From: Octopus vulgaris
Lineage: Eukaryota
Reading direction: 5' to 3'
NCBI GenBank assembly: GCA_951406725.2
Contig: OX597817.1
Span: forward strand, 127,844,001 to 127,908,000
DNA length: 64,000 bases
Shown in pieces: positions 1 to 13,969 of this stretch. The notes below the pieces were generated by a model, which made no database searches, was not told the origin of the DNA, and was given only the letters and a program-made list of their open reading frames with translations. The position numbers and the translations under genes were made by a program. Numbering within the stretch: the first letter of the stretch is position 1; each line of letters begins with the position of its first letter.

Positions 1-812
1 AAATATGGAATTTTGAAAAAAGTATCAGGGAGTCTGGGACAGAAATGACAGAGAGAAAAACAGACATATGTGATTAAATGTCTAGGAAGTCGGATAGAGA
101 GACAGATAGAGATAAAATGAATGAAATATCTTACTGTCCGTTTCGATTTATGTTCCCAATTTATATGATATAATAGCTTTGATTAGTCGATATATTTTTC
201 ATTGGTCGCAGACGACCACAATTATAAGCGATATTACAAGAAAATATATTATGAAAAAGGAATAATTGTTAATAGACAAACAAGAAAACAAACTAACCAA
301 CAAACACATGACATATACAAATATATAAAAACACTATATTATATATGTATATGTTTATGTATGTATAACTTTATATTTATATGAATACATATACATACAC
401 AGACACACAAGCACACACATAAAAATCATAAAAAGAAGTAGAAATGGCATATAAATGACAAGTAAAAAATAAATAATTGAACGATATTAATTTTTTTTTA
501 TTCTTACAACATTTTCCCTGTCACTTCATCTTCCATTTTCTCTGTCTTTTGTCTTTGGTATTTTCATAGTAATAATCATCGAAAAATATCGAATAAAACA
601 TGGTAAATCTGTTTCCCAATCAATAGGAATAGAAGAAAGTATTGAATATTTCCATTTTGGTTATATATTCTTTGTTTGACTGCACGTCAACAGATTAAGA
701 GATAACGTAAGCAATGAAGTAAAATGCAACAACAAAAAGCAAAAAAGAATATACACAAAACTACATAATTATAAGTATATACTTTAGTAAACTTGGAAAC
801 AACAACAAGTAT

Positions 813-827
813 AGATGATGATGATGT

Positions 828-874
<47 letters not shown>

Positions 875-1147
875 GCATAAACACGAGGCAGCAGCATCAG
901 CTGAAGAAGGAGGAGGATGAGGGGGGTGATGGAGAGGAAGGAGAGGAAGGGGAGGAAGAATAAGAGGAAAAGAAGAGGAAGACGAGAAGGATCATACAGA
1001 GGACAGTGACGAGAAGGAGGAGAGAAGAAGAAGAAGAAGAAGAAGAAGAAGAAAGAAGAAGAAGAAGAAAAAAGAAGAAGAAGAAGAAGAAGAAGAAGAA
1101 GAAAGAAGAAGAAGAAGAAGAAGAAGAAGAAGAAGAAGAAGAAGAAG

Positions 1148-1177
<30 letters not shown>
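813..1177. repeat. (GAT)n followed by purine-rich and (GAA)n microsatellites
   Basis: GAT run at ~813-873 and GAA run at ~1023-1177; these explain the poly-S/L/E/K ORFs. Confidence 0.95.
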
Positions 1178-1179
<2 letters not shown>

Positions 1180-1604
1180 TGGTTGCGGAAAGGGGAGAAT
1201 AGGCCAATTTCAATCCCTTATTGATACTCTAGTTAACACCGCACATAGGTGTGAACGACATAGTTGGCTTCGGTGGAATTTCAGTTCAGAACATTAAGAA
1301 TCATGAGAGAAGTCACAAAGAACGTTTAAAATAATCTAGTGATTTTGCCAAACCAATGACCTTAAGAAATTGTACTTAAGACATACTGCCTGAAAATTTT
1401 GAGGGACCTAGTTAGACGATAAAATCGACCCCGGTACTTTCCAGGTATTATATTTTGTCGATTCTGAATGTAAATTTGACCACGGTAGGATTTAAAGCCA
1501 GAATGCAGCGAACCAGATAAAATGTTACATGTCACTTTTAAGAAACGTAACTCTTTTCTCTTAATATTCCTTTCAAATTTTGGCACATAGCCAGTGTTTA
1601 TCTA

Positions 1605-1740
1605 GTACCTATTTTTATCGACCTCGAAAGGATCAAAGGCAAAGTCGATCTCAACAGTATTTGAACTCGGTACTAAAGACGGATGAAACGCCATTAAACA
1701 TCTTGCCCAGCGTGCCAACGATTTTTCCAGCTCACCGCTT
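1605..1740 (-). mobile_element. tRNA-derived SINE, family A (Meta-domain-like)
   Basis: Reverse complement matches the copy at 47365-47567 (GAGTTCAAAT B-box, GTCGACTTTGCCTTT..TCCTTTCGAGGTCGATAAA..GTAC). Confidence 0.75.
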
Positions 1741-3892
1741 TTGCTTTTCTCCTAACGTTGCGACTAGGGCTCATTCTTAAATACAACAGAACATATATGA
1801 ATATGGTTCTGAATTGCATGGCACACGAAAACAAAGTTATATTTAAAACGAATGGAGTGTTAGAAACGTTATACAATGAATAACGCTGTGTAACACGATT
1901 TTTGTACTTCGGTAGCAAATATTATTTCCTATTCCTTTACCCCTAGAAAGTATCAGAAATAGCTAATATTTCCTTCAAACTTAGTTTTTGTCACATTTAT
2001 TCATAATCCAAAAAAATCCCTCTCAAATCATGGCTATGATGGTCCCCCACTATTTCAGCTCATGATCGGAGTTGCACATCTTGTCAGCCACTAAGAGGTA
2101 TGCTGAACTGGCTAAGGTCAAGCAACAGACTATCAAAACAGTGGTATTCAACAGAAAATTTGGTTTAACGTCATTTCTGCTTCAGCAACTCAGTGCGTAA
2201 ACTGTCTGAAATCTAATGGAAAATAGGTCAGTTTAAAAACATTGATGTCCAAGTCACAATTCAAAGTTTGCAGGGAGAATCAAAAGGAAATAACACTTAC
2301 TGCCCAAAGACGAAAAACAAAACAAAAAGAAAGTAAAAATGTTACACAGTGTAATTGAATATATCAGAGACTTCCTTCAAATTAAATACACAGTGATAAG
2401 ATGATTAAAGCATACAAATCAGCAATCGAAAACCATAATTAAAAACCCATCAGCTAGGTTATGACGGAACACTTCAAGATATTTAGCTCTGTTGTAGTCA
2501 TAGAACCAGAGCGTGATTATGAGCATTTTCAGTTTGGTACAAGCTTGTTGTCACATTTTTTGTGATGGACTGAGGAAAAACTTTTTCAAGCCCTCTTGGC
2601 ATGTAGAACATAGACTACTTTTGTTGTCTTCAGTAACATTCTAGTATATAGGTTTCTCCCAAAGTCGGAACTCGTCTCCTTTTCAGTCAATATATTGCTA
2701 CTCTGTCTTCGCTAACTTCGTTTCCTAGTTCTGTCAGTTCTTCATCTGATTTCACAAGAACCATAAATCTCAGTTCAATATTGGGATAAATTGGCTCCCT
2801 CTCTTTATTGTGAACCTTGTCTCCACAAACTTGTAACTACTTAAATTAAAGCGCGTCATTGCTGGACTATTCTGTATTATGAATGTTTCATATCTCTGGT
2901 ATTATTTCCGTCTACCCAATATGAAGTACATACACGCTATTTTACATAGGTTCTTTTACAAGTGTTACAAGTGTTAAAAGCGTGTTCTCTGAAAGGGACA
3001 GTCCATCGCATATTCTAATGACTTTTACTCGAGTTGATCATATTTACACCAGACACTTCCAACTCAATAACGTAACATATTCATTACTTATCGAACACAA
3101 TCAGCTTCAAATACTATATCAAATTGATATCCAGCGTTTTACTATTTGGGGATTGATAAAAGAAAGTACCAGTTAAATACTGAGCGTTACTTGATCCGCT
3201 ACACTGCTACTCCAATATTTGTGTCTGTTTCCATGTCTATAAATCAATTTTAAAGCACAAAGCGCACAACATAGTCTATATTGAAACAACACAATAGACA
3301 ACAAAACAGACACAGCAAATTAGATATGACGACAACGCAATTTTACACTCTCCAACAGAAACTTTAATATGTGAAAATTTATGGACAGTCAAAACCAGAC
3401 GTTGAGGTACAGAAGATTTTGGAGACTTAAACTATAGACAAAAGTGACAAATTGCTAGATTCCCAACGGTATCCAAAATATAGAATACATTGGAATTAAA
3501 ATACAATGCACATCATATATAATTAATAAACATAGTCTTAATATGCTCAATGAACAAACTAATCAGCAACGACACACAACTCGAGTATTGTTCAATATTG
3601 GTGAATGTATGATTTGGAAGAATTGATGCGAATTGATCGCTAAGAGTATTGAGAATTATCAATAGATATATGAGGAAAAGAAAAATATATAAACGCAAAA
3701 ACATTAATAAATATGAGATCATATCTCCATCTCGATCATCGATCTATCTATCTATCTTTCTATCTGTCTATCTAACTATCTGTCTGTCTGTCTGCTGTCA
3801 GCCTATCTGTCTGCTGTCTGTCTATCTGTTTGTCTGCCTGTCTAACTCTCTCTATCTTCTCACTATGTGTGTGTTTTAAATATGTGAAAATG

Positions 3893-4071
<179 letters not shown>

Positions 4072-4662
4072 TATGGTTTCCTTTTATCATTACATTATTT
4101 CAGCTGCCTTAGTACCGGGCATCCTCCTGAGGTGAAGAGTAGCAAGGGCTCTTTTGTTTTGCTTTGCATGCTAAAATTATCACCACATTTATTCCATTTT
4201 AGATGGAAAGTGCTTTCCGTACTATATGGTCTGTACCCATCAAGGTTATCTTTTGTAGTTCACGGAGATTGGAGTTACCAGGGAGTTGCTTAATATACTT
4301 CTCAGTTCACTTCTTTATTATTCCCAACGCAAAAATTACTACTAGTATTATCGTAGTATTAAGCTACCACATTTTTGTGATTTCAATTTCCATATATTTA
4401 TAGTGAGAAAGATTTTCGTATTCCCTTCTTGAGACATTTTGATTTTGTGGGACCGACGTATCTATTAACAGACAAGTTTCTCTGTTGTAGTCCTTGATCA
4501 CAATGTCTGGTCGATTGGAATCAATTTTTCTGTCTGTTTGTATTGGGATACCCTCTCCATATACTACATCCCCTGAATGGTGCTTGTACCACTGATCAAA
4601 TGATTTAATTTTGTAGCATTTACAAGTATTCCAATAGGGGTGTTGCCCTAGTCTGTCATGTC
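4072..4662 (-). mobile_element. 5'-truncated R4/Dong-like non-LTR retrotransposon (restriction-like endonuclease domain plus 3' UTR), degenerate
   Basis: Minus strand reads HDRLGQHPYWNTCK...IPIQTDRKIDSNRPDIVIKD..TCLLID..VP...KY..IEITKMW...ALGII...ELQKITLMGTDHIVRKALSI* (stop 4199-4201), i.e. the RHD and PD..D motifs of RLE endonucleases. Confidence 0.8.
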
Positions 4663-5189
4663 ATATGAGTTATTCCTTTTTGAGCGAGAACTGGGCAGTC
4701 ATAAACATGAACAATTGTCTCTGGGAATTTTCCACAAATTCAGCGCGAGGATTCAGATACATCTTTAAGAACGTTTGCATGGTAGCATGTACCAGCACCA
4801 CCACCGAAGAACCAATAACATCACCTGCGCCATCGTACCCAAACGAAGACTCGCCTACATCAGACGTCCATACCACCAGCGTAGAAATGCGTGACTGTGT
4901 GGAAATACTGCTGCCCCTGCTGCAAATTTCTCTAAATGTGAAAACTCTTCTGGTGAAGAAAGCAATCGAGAGACACAGGAATGGATCCTGGTGAAAGGAA
5001 AACGGAAAAAGTTACAGAATAAAAAGTGCGGTACAAGACTTAAAGCAAATAGTTCAGAAGAGGAAATACAGAAACCAACAACCATCACAACCCCATATAC
5101 TCTTCACTAACACAAACATTTCCAACACTACAAACACCACCAACATTACAAACACCTCAACAAATGAAACAATGGGCAATCGACATATA

Positions 5190-6726
5190 CAGTCATCCGC
5201 AAAATTATTCATACTCTTGTTAATCTTTCTGATTCTTTTATTTTTGTTATGGAATGCGTTTTGTCAAGTTTATTTATGAGTTATATGTGACCAACAACTG
5301 AAAGGATAACAACGATACACAATTCAGGAAATTTTACATTTCAGAGGTGTTTTATTCATGGATTTTCAAAAAATGCCATGTTCAAAATTATTCATACCCT
5401 AGGTTTACTGAGTACAATATCTTTTTTTAATAGTCAACAGCATAGGCTTTTTTATGGCTGCTTCTAGACGATTCTTGTACGTGTCTGCAAGCTTCCTGCT
5501 TGTCTCCTCTAAGATGTTGGCCCACTCTTCCTTCACGAAAGCCTTAAGCTGGGTCAGGTTGGTCGGTTTCCTAGACATCACTCTGGTCTTCAAGGCTCGC
5601 CACAAGTTCTCGATCGGATTCAGGCCAGGACTCTGACTTGGCCATTTTAGGATGTTGACACCATTGTCCTTGAACCATTTTTTCATTACCTTGGCGGTAT
5701 GTTTCAGATCATTGTCCTACCGCTATTTTTAGTTGTGGCCAAGCTGGAGCTTCTCAGCGGATTCCTTCACGTTTTCATCATGGATCCTGATGTAATACTT
5801 CTTTCTCATGATTCTTTGGACCTTGACAAATTCCTAGTACCACTGGAAGAGAAGCATCCCCATAGTATTATGTTTCCACCGCCATGCTTGACGGCGGATA
5901 CAGTGTTCTTCGTATTGTGTGCATCTCCTCTCTTCCTCCAGACGGATTCAGCATCCACATCGCCAAATAACTCCAACTTTGTCTCATCAGACCACAGGTT
6001 TGTTGACCAAAAGCTGGAATTTTGTTTCACATGACCTCTAGTAAAGGCCAGGCGAGCCTCCAGATGTTTCTTCCTGCGCAGCGGCGTTTTCTGAGGCCTG
6101 CGTCCATGGATCCCTCTTCTGTGCAATATTTGCTCAATGGTGGACCATGACACCTTCGTTCCTGTTTGGTCAAGCGTTTCAATCAGGGCCCTAGTTGTGG
6201 TTCGGGGTTGTTGTTAACCTCTCGGCAGATTTTCCTGAAGTTTTTAACGGTGTTGGACCTCTTGCGCTTGCTGATTATGCTCTGGGCGGTTGCCACTGGG
6301 ACATCATACTGCTTTGAAATGGCCTTAAGACCATTTCCTTAACTGTGGGTACGCTCAAGACGTTGTCGTTGGTCCTCACGGAGCTTCTTCTTCTTGGCCT
6401 TAATTATCAAAAACTGAGAATGGCCAGAACACTTTTCCTCTATTTATATGCTATTCATACTCTTCTGGAAATAACTATAGGACAAAGATTAGTATATTCA
6501 CAATATTCACAGGAAGTGAAAAGAGAGATGTGAATAATTCTGAATATATACAAAAAAGAAATTTAGAGCATATTTATTATTATGCAAATGAAGTTTAACC
6601 AACTCATATGCGGATTTATGCATAGCATAAATACACAGGAAATATCAACATAATAGCTTTTACAAATGAAAAATCCAAAAGTGAATGTTAGCTTCCATAG
6701 GGTATGAATACTTTTGGGGACGACTG
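5190..6726 (-). mobile_element. Tc1-family DNA transposon (DD34E, IR/DR type), frameshifted transposase
   Basis: TA|CAGTCATCCGCAAAATTATTCATAC ... GTATGAATACTTTTGGGGACGACTG|TA; inner direct repeats near 5383-5400 and 6527-6547; ORF pieces 5806-6153 (WSDETKLELFG, VKHGGG) and 5405-5686 (WPSQSPGLNPIENLW). Confidence 0.95.
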
Positions 6727-6989
6727 TACAACCTGAATAGCACTCATCAATTACACTGGCATAGAGACAAACAGCAAGAATTTAATAAAACATTAAAAAA
6801 TACACTGACTTTATTCTAAATGAATACATCACACACCCACATAACACCATTATTCACCTAAAACTTATAACAACAATGCAACAAAACTGCAACAAACTGG
6901 AAACAAATTATTCCAAAGAAGTGTGTAGTTTCCGTAACATCATAAAACAAAAAAATCTACAAAGAAATGCTTGTGGAGACACCTACAAA

Positions 6990-8560
6990 TAGCCAAAATG
7001 GCAGAGCACCTGTCTCTATACGCAGTATAAATGCACGCGGCCTGGGTCACCTTGGAATCGGGGCCACCATCTCAATGACCACATGTCACTAAGTATAGAC
7101 ATCGTAGCTGCCAGTGAGACTAGACTTTCCAATCGACAAGATTGATTTCGTGCCCATTTTCGTTGGATACGAGATTTACTTATATCCATGTCAACTGGGA
7201 GGCGGAATTTCAGTGTAGTTCCGGAACGATCGGGATATCAATATAATGTCAATTTTCGTGGACACATGAGGCAAGCTGGTGGTCCTGGATGTCAACAGTT
7301 GCTGCGGGAGTGCTTTCAGGCAGGTAGCTATTTATGCTTTGACATGAGAAGGAGAGCAGGCTTTTTTCCGATGTCCAGACGTTTTTCTGAGAAATTCTTG
7401 ACCAGTAGTGCTAATGGCTGAGTGGGACGCCATCTAAGATGTACGTTTAGATTGTATAGTGGTGCAAAATCTCACCAAACTGCCCAGTCGTTTTCAAATC
7501 TCTGTTGTGTACCAAGTAGATTTCCTGAATATGCCAATATAGACATCAATGAACTGCATCTAGTTATCTCCGTCTTATCTTAATAAAGTTGTCCAAAGGC
7601 CTGTAGATCAGGATTGCATAAGTTGCAGACTTTAAAAAAAATCCTCGGCTACACAGACTACATATTCATTATCTGCACTGTCGACCTAGATAGATTTTGT
7701 ATGCAGAGACCCGACTACTGAAAGCTGAATGCATCCCGGCGTACCAAGCTTACAGAGACCGTATTGGTGAATTAATTAATGCGTGTTGATCTCCAGGTTA
7801 ATCTCCAGTTGCGGGTGAGAAACAGTTTGGTTTAGATGGTCTGCTTTACGATGACAGACTCATTTTGCAGCCACTTAGCAAAAAGAAATACCGCAGTTGG
7901 CAGTAGAACGAAAGAATTTCTAGTTCTGTGAGCGAGAAAGCTGTGGCACTGCTAGGAAAGGACCCAAACAAGGGGAATCAAATATAAAATTTTAGACTCA
8001 TAACGCTGCTGGATACAGGTTTCAAAATTTTGGTCAAGGTATTAATGAAAGCTTGTAGTCGAGGCACAGATTGGTGATTCACATGCATTTACCATCCCAA
8101 GAAGATATGCCATCGTAGACAGTTTCGGTAAAGAAGCTAGCATGCAAGGATCCCTGATCGATTTAGATCAACTGAAAGCCTTTATTAAAGTGGACCACTA
8201 ATACTCGGCGGTCGCTTCACGGCGACCAGTTTTCCGTGGTTGGATTGCCGCTATATGCAGCGATAACTGCTCGGTAGTTAGGATGAATGGTTACTTTCAG
8301 CATCGTGTGCTCGGGCCAGAAATGATGCCTTCACTCGTATCTGTTGTATGTACTGTCTCTAGATCCACTACTGCTGAAACTGGACGCGTTGAGAGACATC
8401 ATGCACGACCTGAGGTTATGGGAGATCTGTTTTGGCATATACGGACGACGTCACTGTCTTAGTGTAGAACACCAGACATATAGACCTGGTCGGCACTACG
8501 GTAAAAGAATACGACGCAGTGACATGAGTAAAACTTAGCCAAGAAAAGTTAGGAGGTCAG
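6990..8560 (+). mobile_element. Degenerate Tx1/L1-clade LINE ORF2 (APE endonuclease plus RT), internally deleted
   Basis: INARGL (7027) and DIVAASETR (7098) APE motifs; NFRLITLLDTGFKILVKVL (7988), LDQLKAFIKVDH (~8164) and AYTDDVT (8436) RT motifs; many stops and frameshifts. Confidence 0.7.
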
Positions 8561-9354
8561 TTAGTTGGAACCTGGAGATGAAGGTGTATGCCGCCCAATA
8601 ACGTCGTGGGAAAAATGTCAGGGGGACCAGTTAAATTGCTTGGGATATGAATGGAGGACTGAGCATGTCATGGTTGTGGGAAGAATTCCAACTTGTTGCT
8701 TTCTTGATACCCTACATCTATCACAGCCACCAGTCCAACGACCAAAGCCACTACCATTAACATTGGCAGCAGTAATATCAAAACCAACATACCAACATAA
8801 TAACGGAGGCGACAGCAATCTTACAACGTTACCGAGTATAATGAAAGGAAACATAATATAACAACCACCAACAAATGTTCAACGAGAAATAATCTTAACA
8901 TTGCAGCACCAACCATCGCCACCAAAAATATCAGTTTCTAGGGTGGCTGCAGTTTCCGTTGTAGACAAAGCTAACATCACCAATACCAAAAGCAAAATCG
9001 AGGTAATTTCAGTTAGGGCAATTACCATCGAGAAACTTGCGATACAGAGGAAGGATACGCATAAAATTAGTGGATTCTTTCAGAAAGAAATAATATTACT
9101 TTGACCGTGCCTCGTGGGACTAACAAATGCTAAGTGAGCTACAAGTTTATGAATACACAGGACTGAGAAGTGTAGAAACTAAGGCATGGGCAAGTAAAAA
9201 TATTAGTAAATGGAATGGAAGCACACATTTTGTAGCTTGTGGTATGTACGGTACAGTCGGATCCCAGTTACCTGGAGGATCAATACATGTATAAATATGT
9301 GTGCATTTATATACGTACACTCGGCGCACACATAAATTTGTGTATATATATATA

Positions 9355-9553
9355 GTTAATCCAAACAAGAAAGCACAGAAAAACACAACAACGCGAGGAC
9401 ATGGAACAAATATAGTATTATTGGACGCTCAGGAAAGAAGGAAAGAAGGAAAGAAGGAGGGTTTAACGTTTCGAGCGGAGCTCTTCGTCGGAAACATAGG
9501 AGAAGGAAAGATCCAGAGAAGAGAAGACAGAGGGGAAAAAATCGCCAACGGTA
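9355..9553 (-). mobile_element. Solo PLE pLTR-like repeat carrying a minimal hammerhead (copy 1)
   Basis: Highly similar second copy at 20536-20745; abuts (TA)n. Confidence 0.7.
9461..9495 (-). ncRNA. Minimal type I hammerhead ribozyme, C4 core variant
   Basis: GUUU-CCGACGA-A-GAGC(UCC)GCUC-GAAA-CG-UU-AAAC: helix I GUUU/AAAC, 4-bp helix II, palindromic AACGUU helix III. Confidence 0.7.
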
Positions 9554-9814
9554 CTGGCCACCATACTAGGGTAGCGATTTATTTGGCATAATAGAGTGCA
9601 ACACCGTAATAATTATCCAACATTCATTTCTTCATCAGCACTGAATAGATGAAAGACAAATGTATATTTGTATAAATCCCGTTGGCGAAATATATATAAG
9701 TGACTGTAAGCATGTGTGAGAGAGAGAGAGAGGGGTGGAGAGAGTTTGTGTGTGTGTAAAAGTTATTACAGCCGCACACACACACACACATGCACACACA
9801 TATATGTATATATA

Positions 9815-10530
9815 CGCGGTCTGATCAGTAAGTATCCGGATTGTTACCATAGTAACGAAGCTAAAGTACGTAGAATAATTCCGCTTGATACATATTGACC
9901 TTAAAATCTGCTGTGCATGTGCACCAATTATTAACGTTCTAGATCACCTACGCTATTTACAGCAGTGCTTGGCAGGAAAGTGTGTAGCGTGTGATCGTTG
10001 TATTGATCATGACAGAGAAACTTGAGTTGACAATCTGCATGGAATTTTGCCAAAAACTTGGCGATACGTGCACTGAGGTATACGCAAAATTTAAAAAAAA
10101 CTTTTCGTCGTTCTCGACACAATCAAGATCTTGTGCAACTGAAACCGGAGTGTCTCTTTCGTCAGTTGAACGCAGTTTTGGCACAAACTTGGCAGACACG
10201 CATCTCATACCCAAATCGTCAATGATAATGAACTGAACTGAACTGTAACTAATCTGCACATCCTCTGATAACACGCGGATGGTGATTCGACGATTTTCCC
10301 ACACAGCTGCACGCAATCTGCAATGTTTTTCTCAGTTCTGCTGGATGCGGTTCTCCCATAACGTTCGTCAATATCGACCTTTTTTCGGCCATCTTAGAAA
10401 CGTCTGAATCACTTGTACACTCGTGTGCGGCTCGTACACACGTCTCCATACACTTTCTGCAAACTTGCGTAGGTTTCTGAGCAGGTATCACCACGACAAC
10501 TTTCTCTGTCATTCAATGTGACGATCACTT
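9815..10530. mobile_element. Rearranged (fold-back) mariner fragment
   Basis: TA|CGCGGTCTGATCAGTAAGTATCCGGA terminal motif; transposase N-terminus on + (MTEKLELTICMEFCQKLG) and on - (MTEKV..., ENRRITIRVLSEDVQIS..DDLGMRCVSAKFVPKL). Confidence 0.8.
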
Positions 10531-10579
10531 ACACACACACACACACACACACACATACACACAGACACACACACGCATG

Positions 10580-10621
<42 letters not shown>

Positions 10622-10632
10622 CGCACACACAA

Positions 10633-11512
10633 ATGGGTAAATTGTCGCCATTTTATATTTTTAATTTCCCGCATGTGCATTGCTTGTTTTTCGTCTCGTC
10701 AACTGCACAGTAAAGTAGGGTCAGTTGGTCACCGTCTGTGAGAAAAACATCACCATGATGCGATTCACTCTGCCAGAAATTTGAAAACGACTTGCTGTAC
10801 AGCTTGGCATTTGCACCGGAACCCTCAATACGAAAATTTCTTAGTGTTTGAGTGTCAATTTAAGGGCAGTGAAATTTGAGGACATATACCAAAAGTGATA
10901 AAAATCAAACATCCTGTCAATATCATGGTACTTAGAGTGATCATTAGTAAAGACGACGTTATGACTCCATTCATCCTCCCAAACGACCTCAGTCTCTACA
11001 CGGAGGCCCCAATCAAGTACCTAGATGAGGTAGTGCTGCGCTGGGTGAAGAGAGTGTCTGCTGGAAGACGCTATGTCTGGCAACAGGACTCTGCACCATG
11101 CAACGCAAGCAGAAGAACCCAGTTATGGCTGTCAGATAATATCTGCGACCACATCACCCCTAATATCTGGCCATCTAACCTCCTAGACTGCAAAACACTT
11201 GATCATTATGTATGAGGCGCATTTGAGCGAGAGACCTTTAGATTTCCTTGTAACATCATAGATGAACTGAAGGTAAGGATTGCGGCAGCATTCACTAACT
11301 TAAACAAGGAGCCTGTCCAGAAGAGCTGCAGGATGTTTCGAAGTCGATTGGAGGCCGTAGTGGAAGCAATAGCGATTCTTACTGAATAAATTTACTCTTT
11401 CTTATTTCAAGATATTTTGATGTAATTTTGGCAAATATGTCTGTTAAAATGAGATGACAGTGTTATTTTCAATTTAGCGTAGTTTAAACAACATCTTATT
11501 CACCGTACCCTG
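10633..11512 (+). mobile_element. DD37D (maT/mori-type) Tc1/mariner element, internally deleted
   Basis: ORF 10895-11215 has WQQDSAP..WPSNLLDCKTLD with exactly 37 residues between the 2nd and 3rd Asp; right end ..CCGTACCCTG|TA. Confidence 0.85.
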
Positions 11513-11518
11513 TATATA

Positions 11519-11610
<92 letters not shown>

Positions 11611-11635
11611 TACACAGGAACACACAGGCACACAC

Positions 11636-11678
<43 letters not shown>

Positions 11679-12692
11679 CATATTTCGGTTACTGTCGCAG
11701 CGTATGTCTAAAAATAACGTTAACCTGTCTTGTCATTTATTAAAGAAAAAAAGATTTATTTCATTATCCAATTCTTACATATATTTACCTGTCACCTTTT
11801 GATATGCATTATGGCTTAAGAAAAAAAAAAATAGGTTACGAATAACGTACAACTATCAAAGACGCAGAATAGAAGGATGGAGAATAGCACAGAAGAGATA
11901 GTGCTATTGCTTTTCCTTCTTTTAAATCAAAGAAGATAAAAAGGATTTTCTTAGGTGGATAGTTATGAATTTTTTTTTCATTCGTATTTCTTGCGTTAAT
12001 CATGCAGTCTGTATTCATACATTTATGTCTATATAATTATGCATTTGACAACCGGCGTGACAATAGCTTTGGCCACCCTATTGTATACACAACAATGTTT
12101 TTATTCTACGTCAAATAAAAAACAGATAGCGTATGGAAAAATCTAAAAGAAAAAATTAATATCCATAACAAAATAAAAACGAGAAAAAGATTTGGCTTCA
12201 AAATCTTGTGTACTTTTCGCGATGAAGTGAATTTTTGAAAAATTGGTTTCATAGAAAGAATTTGACGTTTAATTATATTAATTCTATAATAATGATTGTC
12301 ATTTCTTTTAATGAGTCATGATGGCTCCATTCTTTATTTTAATCGCTTTCATTTATACTAAACTGTACTCATTAAAGAGCAGGGAAATGGACAGCACGTG
12401 TGATGTCACTAAGAAATCAGTTTCACTTTGATCTTAATATCAATCTGTTTTTACATACGTAAATCAGTGTTTAGTGATTGTTCTTACAACTGCTGTTGAT
12501 GTCGTTGCTGCTGCTACTTTTGTTGCTATAGTTGTTGTTGCTGTTTTGTTTTTGTAGGTGTTGTTGTTGTTGTTTAGCCTAGATGTGAAGTAATTTATAT
12601 TTTATGAGACATTTTCTTACCGTGGCCATCGCGTCTACTGTAAAAGCTTTGTGTATCAGAATCTACATGCCTTAAAATGTGTGGACGGATAC

Positions 12693-12734
<42 letters not shown>

Positions 12735-12749
12735 AACACACATGCACAC

Positions 12750-13025
12750 AGTGATTAGGATACATAGTTCACGATATTACGTTCATGAGTTCGATTCCCG
12801 GCGGTGCATTATGTCCTTAAGCAAGACTCTTCCTTTCACATTGCTCCAGTCCACTCAGCTTGCGAAAACAAGTAGTACATGTAGTTCGAAACAGCCAGAT
12901 TTGTCGCACTGAATCGTATGAGAATTACGTTAAGGGTACCCGTGTCTTTGGAATGCTCAAACGTTGCACGTTATTCTCACGAGCAGAATTTTCCGTTGCT
13001 CGGATCAACGGAACACTCCTCACCG
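12750..13025 (+). mobile_element. tRNA-derived SINE, family C
   Basis: GAGTTCGATTCCC B-box, then GTCCTTAAGCAAGAC..TTTCACATTGCTCCAGTCCACTCAGCT shared with 51975-52200; tail shared with 38876-39010. Confidence 0.7.
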
Positions 13026-13104
13026 TATATATGTAGTAATTACAAGACATTTTAAATGGAATTGGTAAGCAATCTTTAATATATGTACGGTTTTGTGGTT
13101 GCGG

Positions 13105-13365
13105 GTCACGCCCACATCACTAACTCCATCCACCAGAGTATAGAAAGAAAGGTAGACTACCCTAGCAAGCACCATAACTATACATTACATGTTTTAGACT
13201 CTGAACTCTGGCTAGAAACGAGGAACAGTAAGGTCCAGATCCTTCACTCTCGTTATGCCAAACCCATGCCCTCTATGCACCTTGTTCAGAAGAACGGACC
13301 GATTGTGGACAACGCCAAGTTCAACATTTTGATAACTGACTTGGTGAGAGTAATGAAGAATGAAT
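13105..13365 (+). pseudogene. PLE reverse transcriptase thumb-region fragment
   Basis: NSIHQSIERKVDYPSKH..TLHVLD..W...ILHSRYAKPM...[15 protein letters not shown]; homologous to 32600-32860. Confidence 0.65.
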
Positions 13366-13405
13366 ATTCATACATACATACAAATTTATATATATATATA
13401 TACAT

Positions 13406-13455
<50 letters not shown>

Positions 13456-13462
13456 ATGAATG

Positions 13463-13506
<44 letters not shown>

Positions 13507-13687
13507 CATTCATCAATTCGTTTTGCTAGACATCTGGTGTGAAATCGTCTGTTAAAACAGATATTGTGGTATTTCAGGATGATCAATTCATTTTTTTTGT
13601 TTTGGGAGTTTTTGCCAAATAGACACACGCACTATATTTCTTTTCTTCAATCGTTCATTACTGTTCTTATTTTATTAGTTTAACTCA

Positions 13688-13732
13688 TGTCCGGAAATCT
13701 TTCGTCACACACTTGTGATCTCTTCAACGACA
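13688..13732 (-). ncRNA. Hammerhead-like motif in a pLTR-like repeat (~13600-13900)
   Basis: UGUCG-UUGAAGA-GAUCAC(AAGUGU)GUGAC-GAAA-GAUU-UC-CGGACA; related copy at 33748-33790. Confidence 0.55.
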
Positions 13733-13912
13733 CTTTACGCTTTCGTGTGTTTTCTTGCTCCACTTACTCCATTCTGTTGTTCTAAGATGTGTATCCTTAA
13801 ATGCGCATGCTTTGTGTCCTAGTTTGTGTGTGCATGTGTAAGTGTATGTGCATGTGTGTGTATATGTTTGTCATAGTTTTAGCAGCAGTGTTGGCATCTG
13901 ATCAGTCCCGTG

Positions 13913-13969
<57 letters not shown>

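Noticed and set aside
687-1224. Poly-S, poly-L and poly-E/K ORFs
   Set aside because: Translations of (GAT)n and (GAA)n microsatellites
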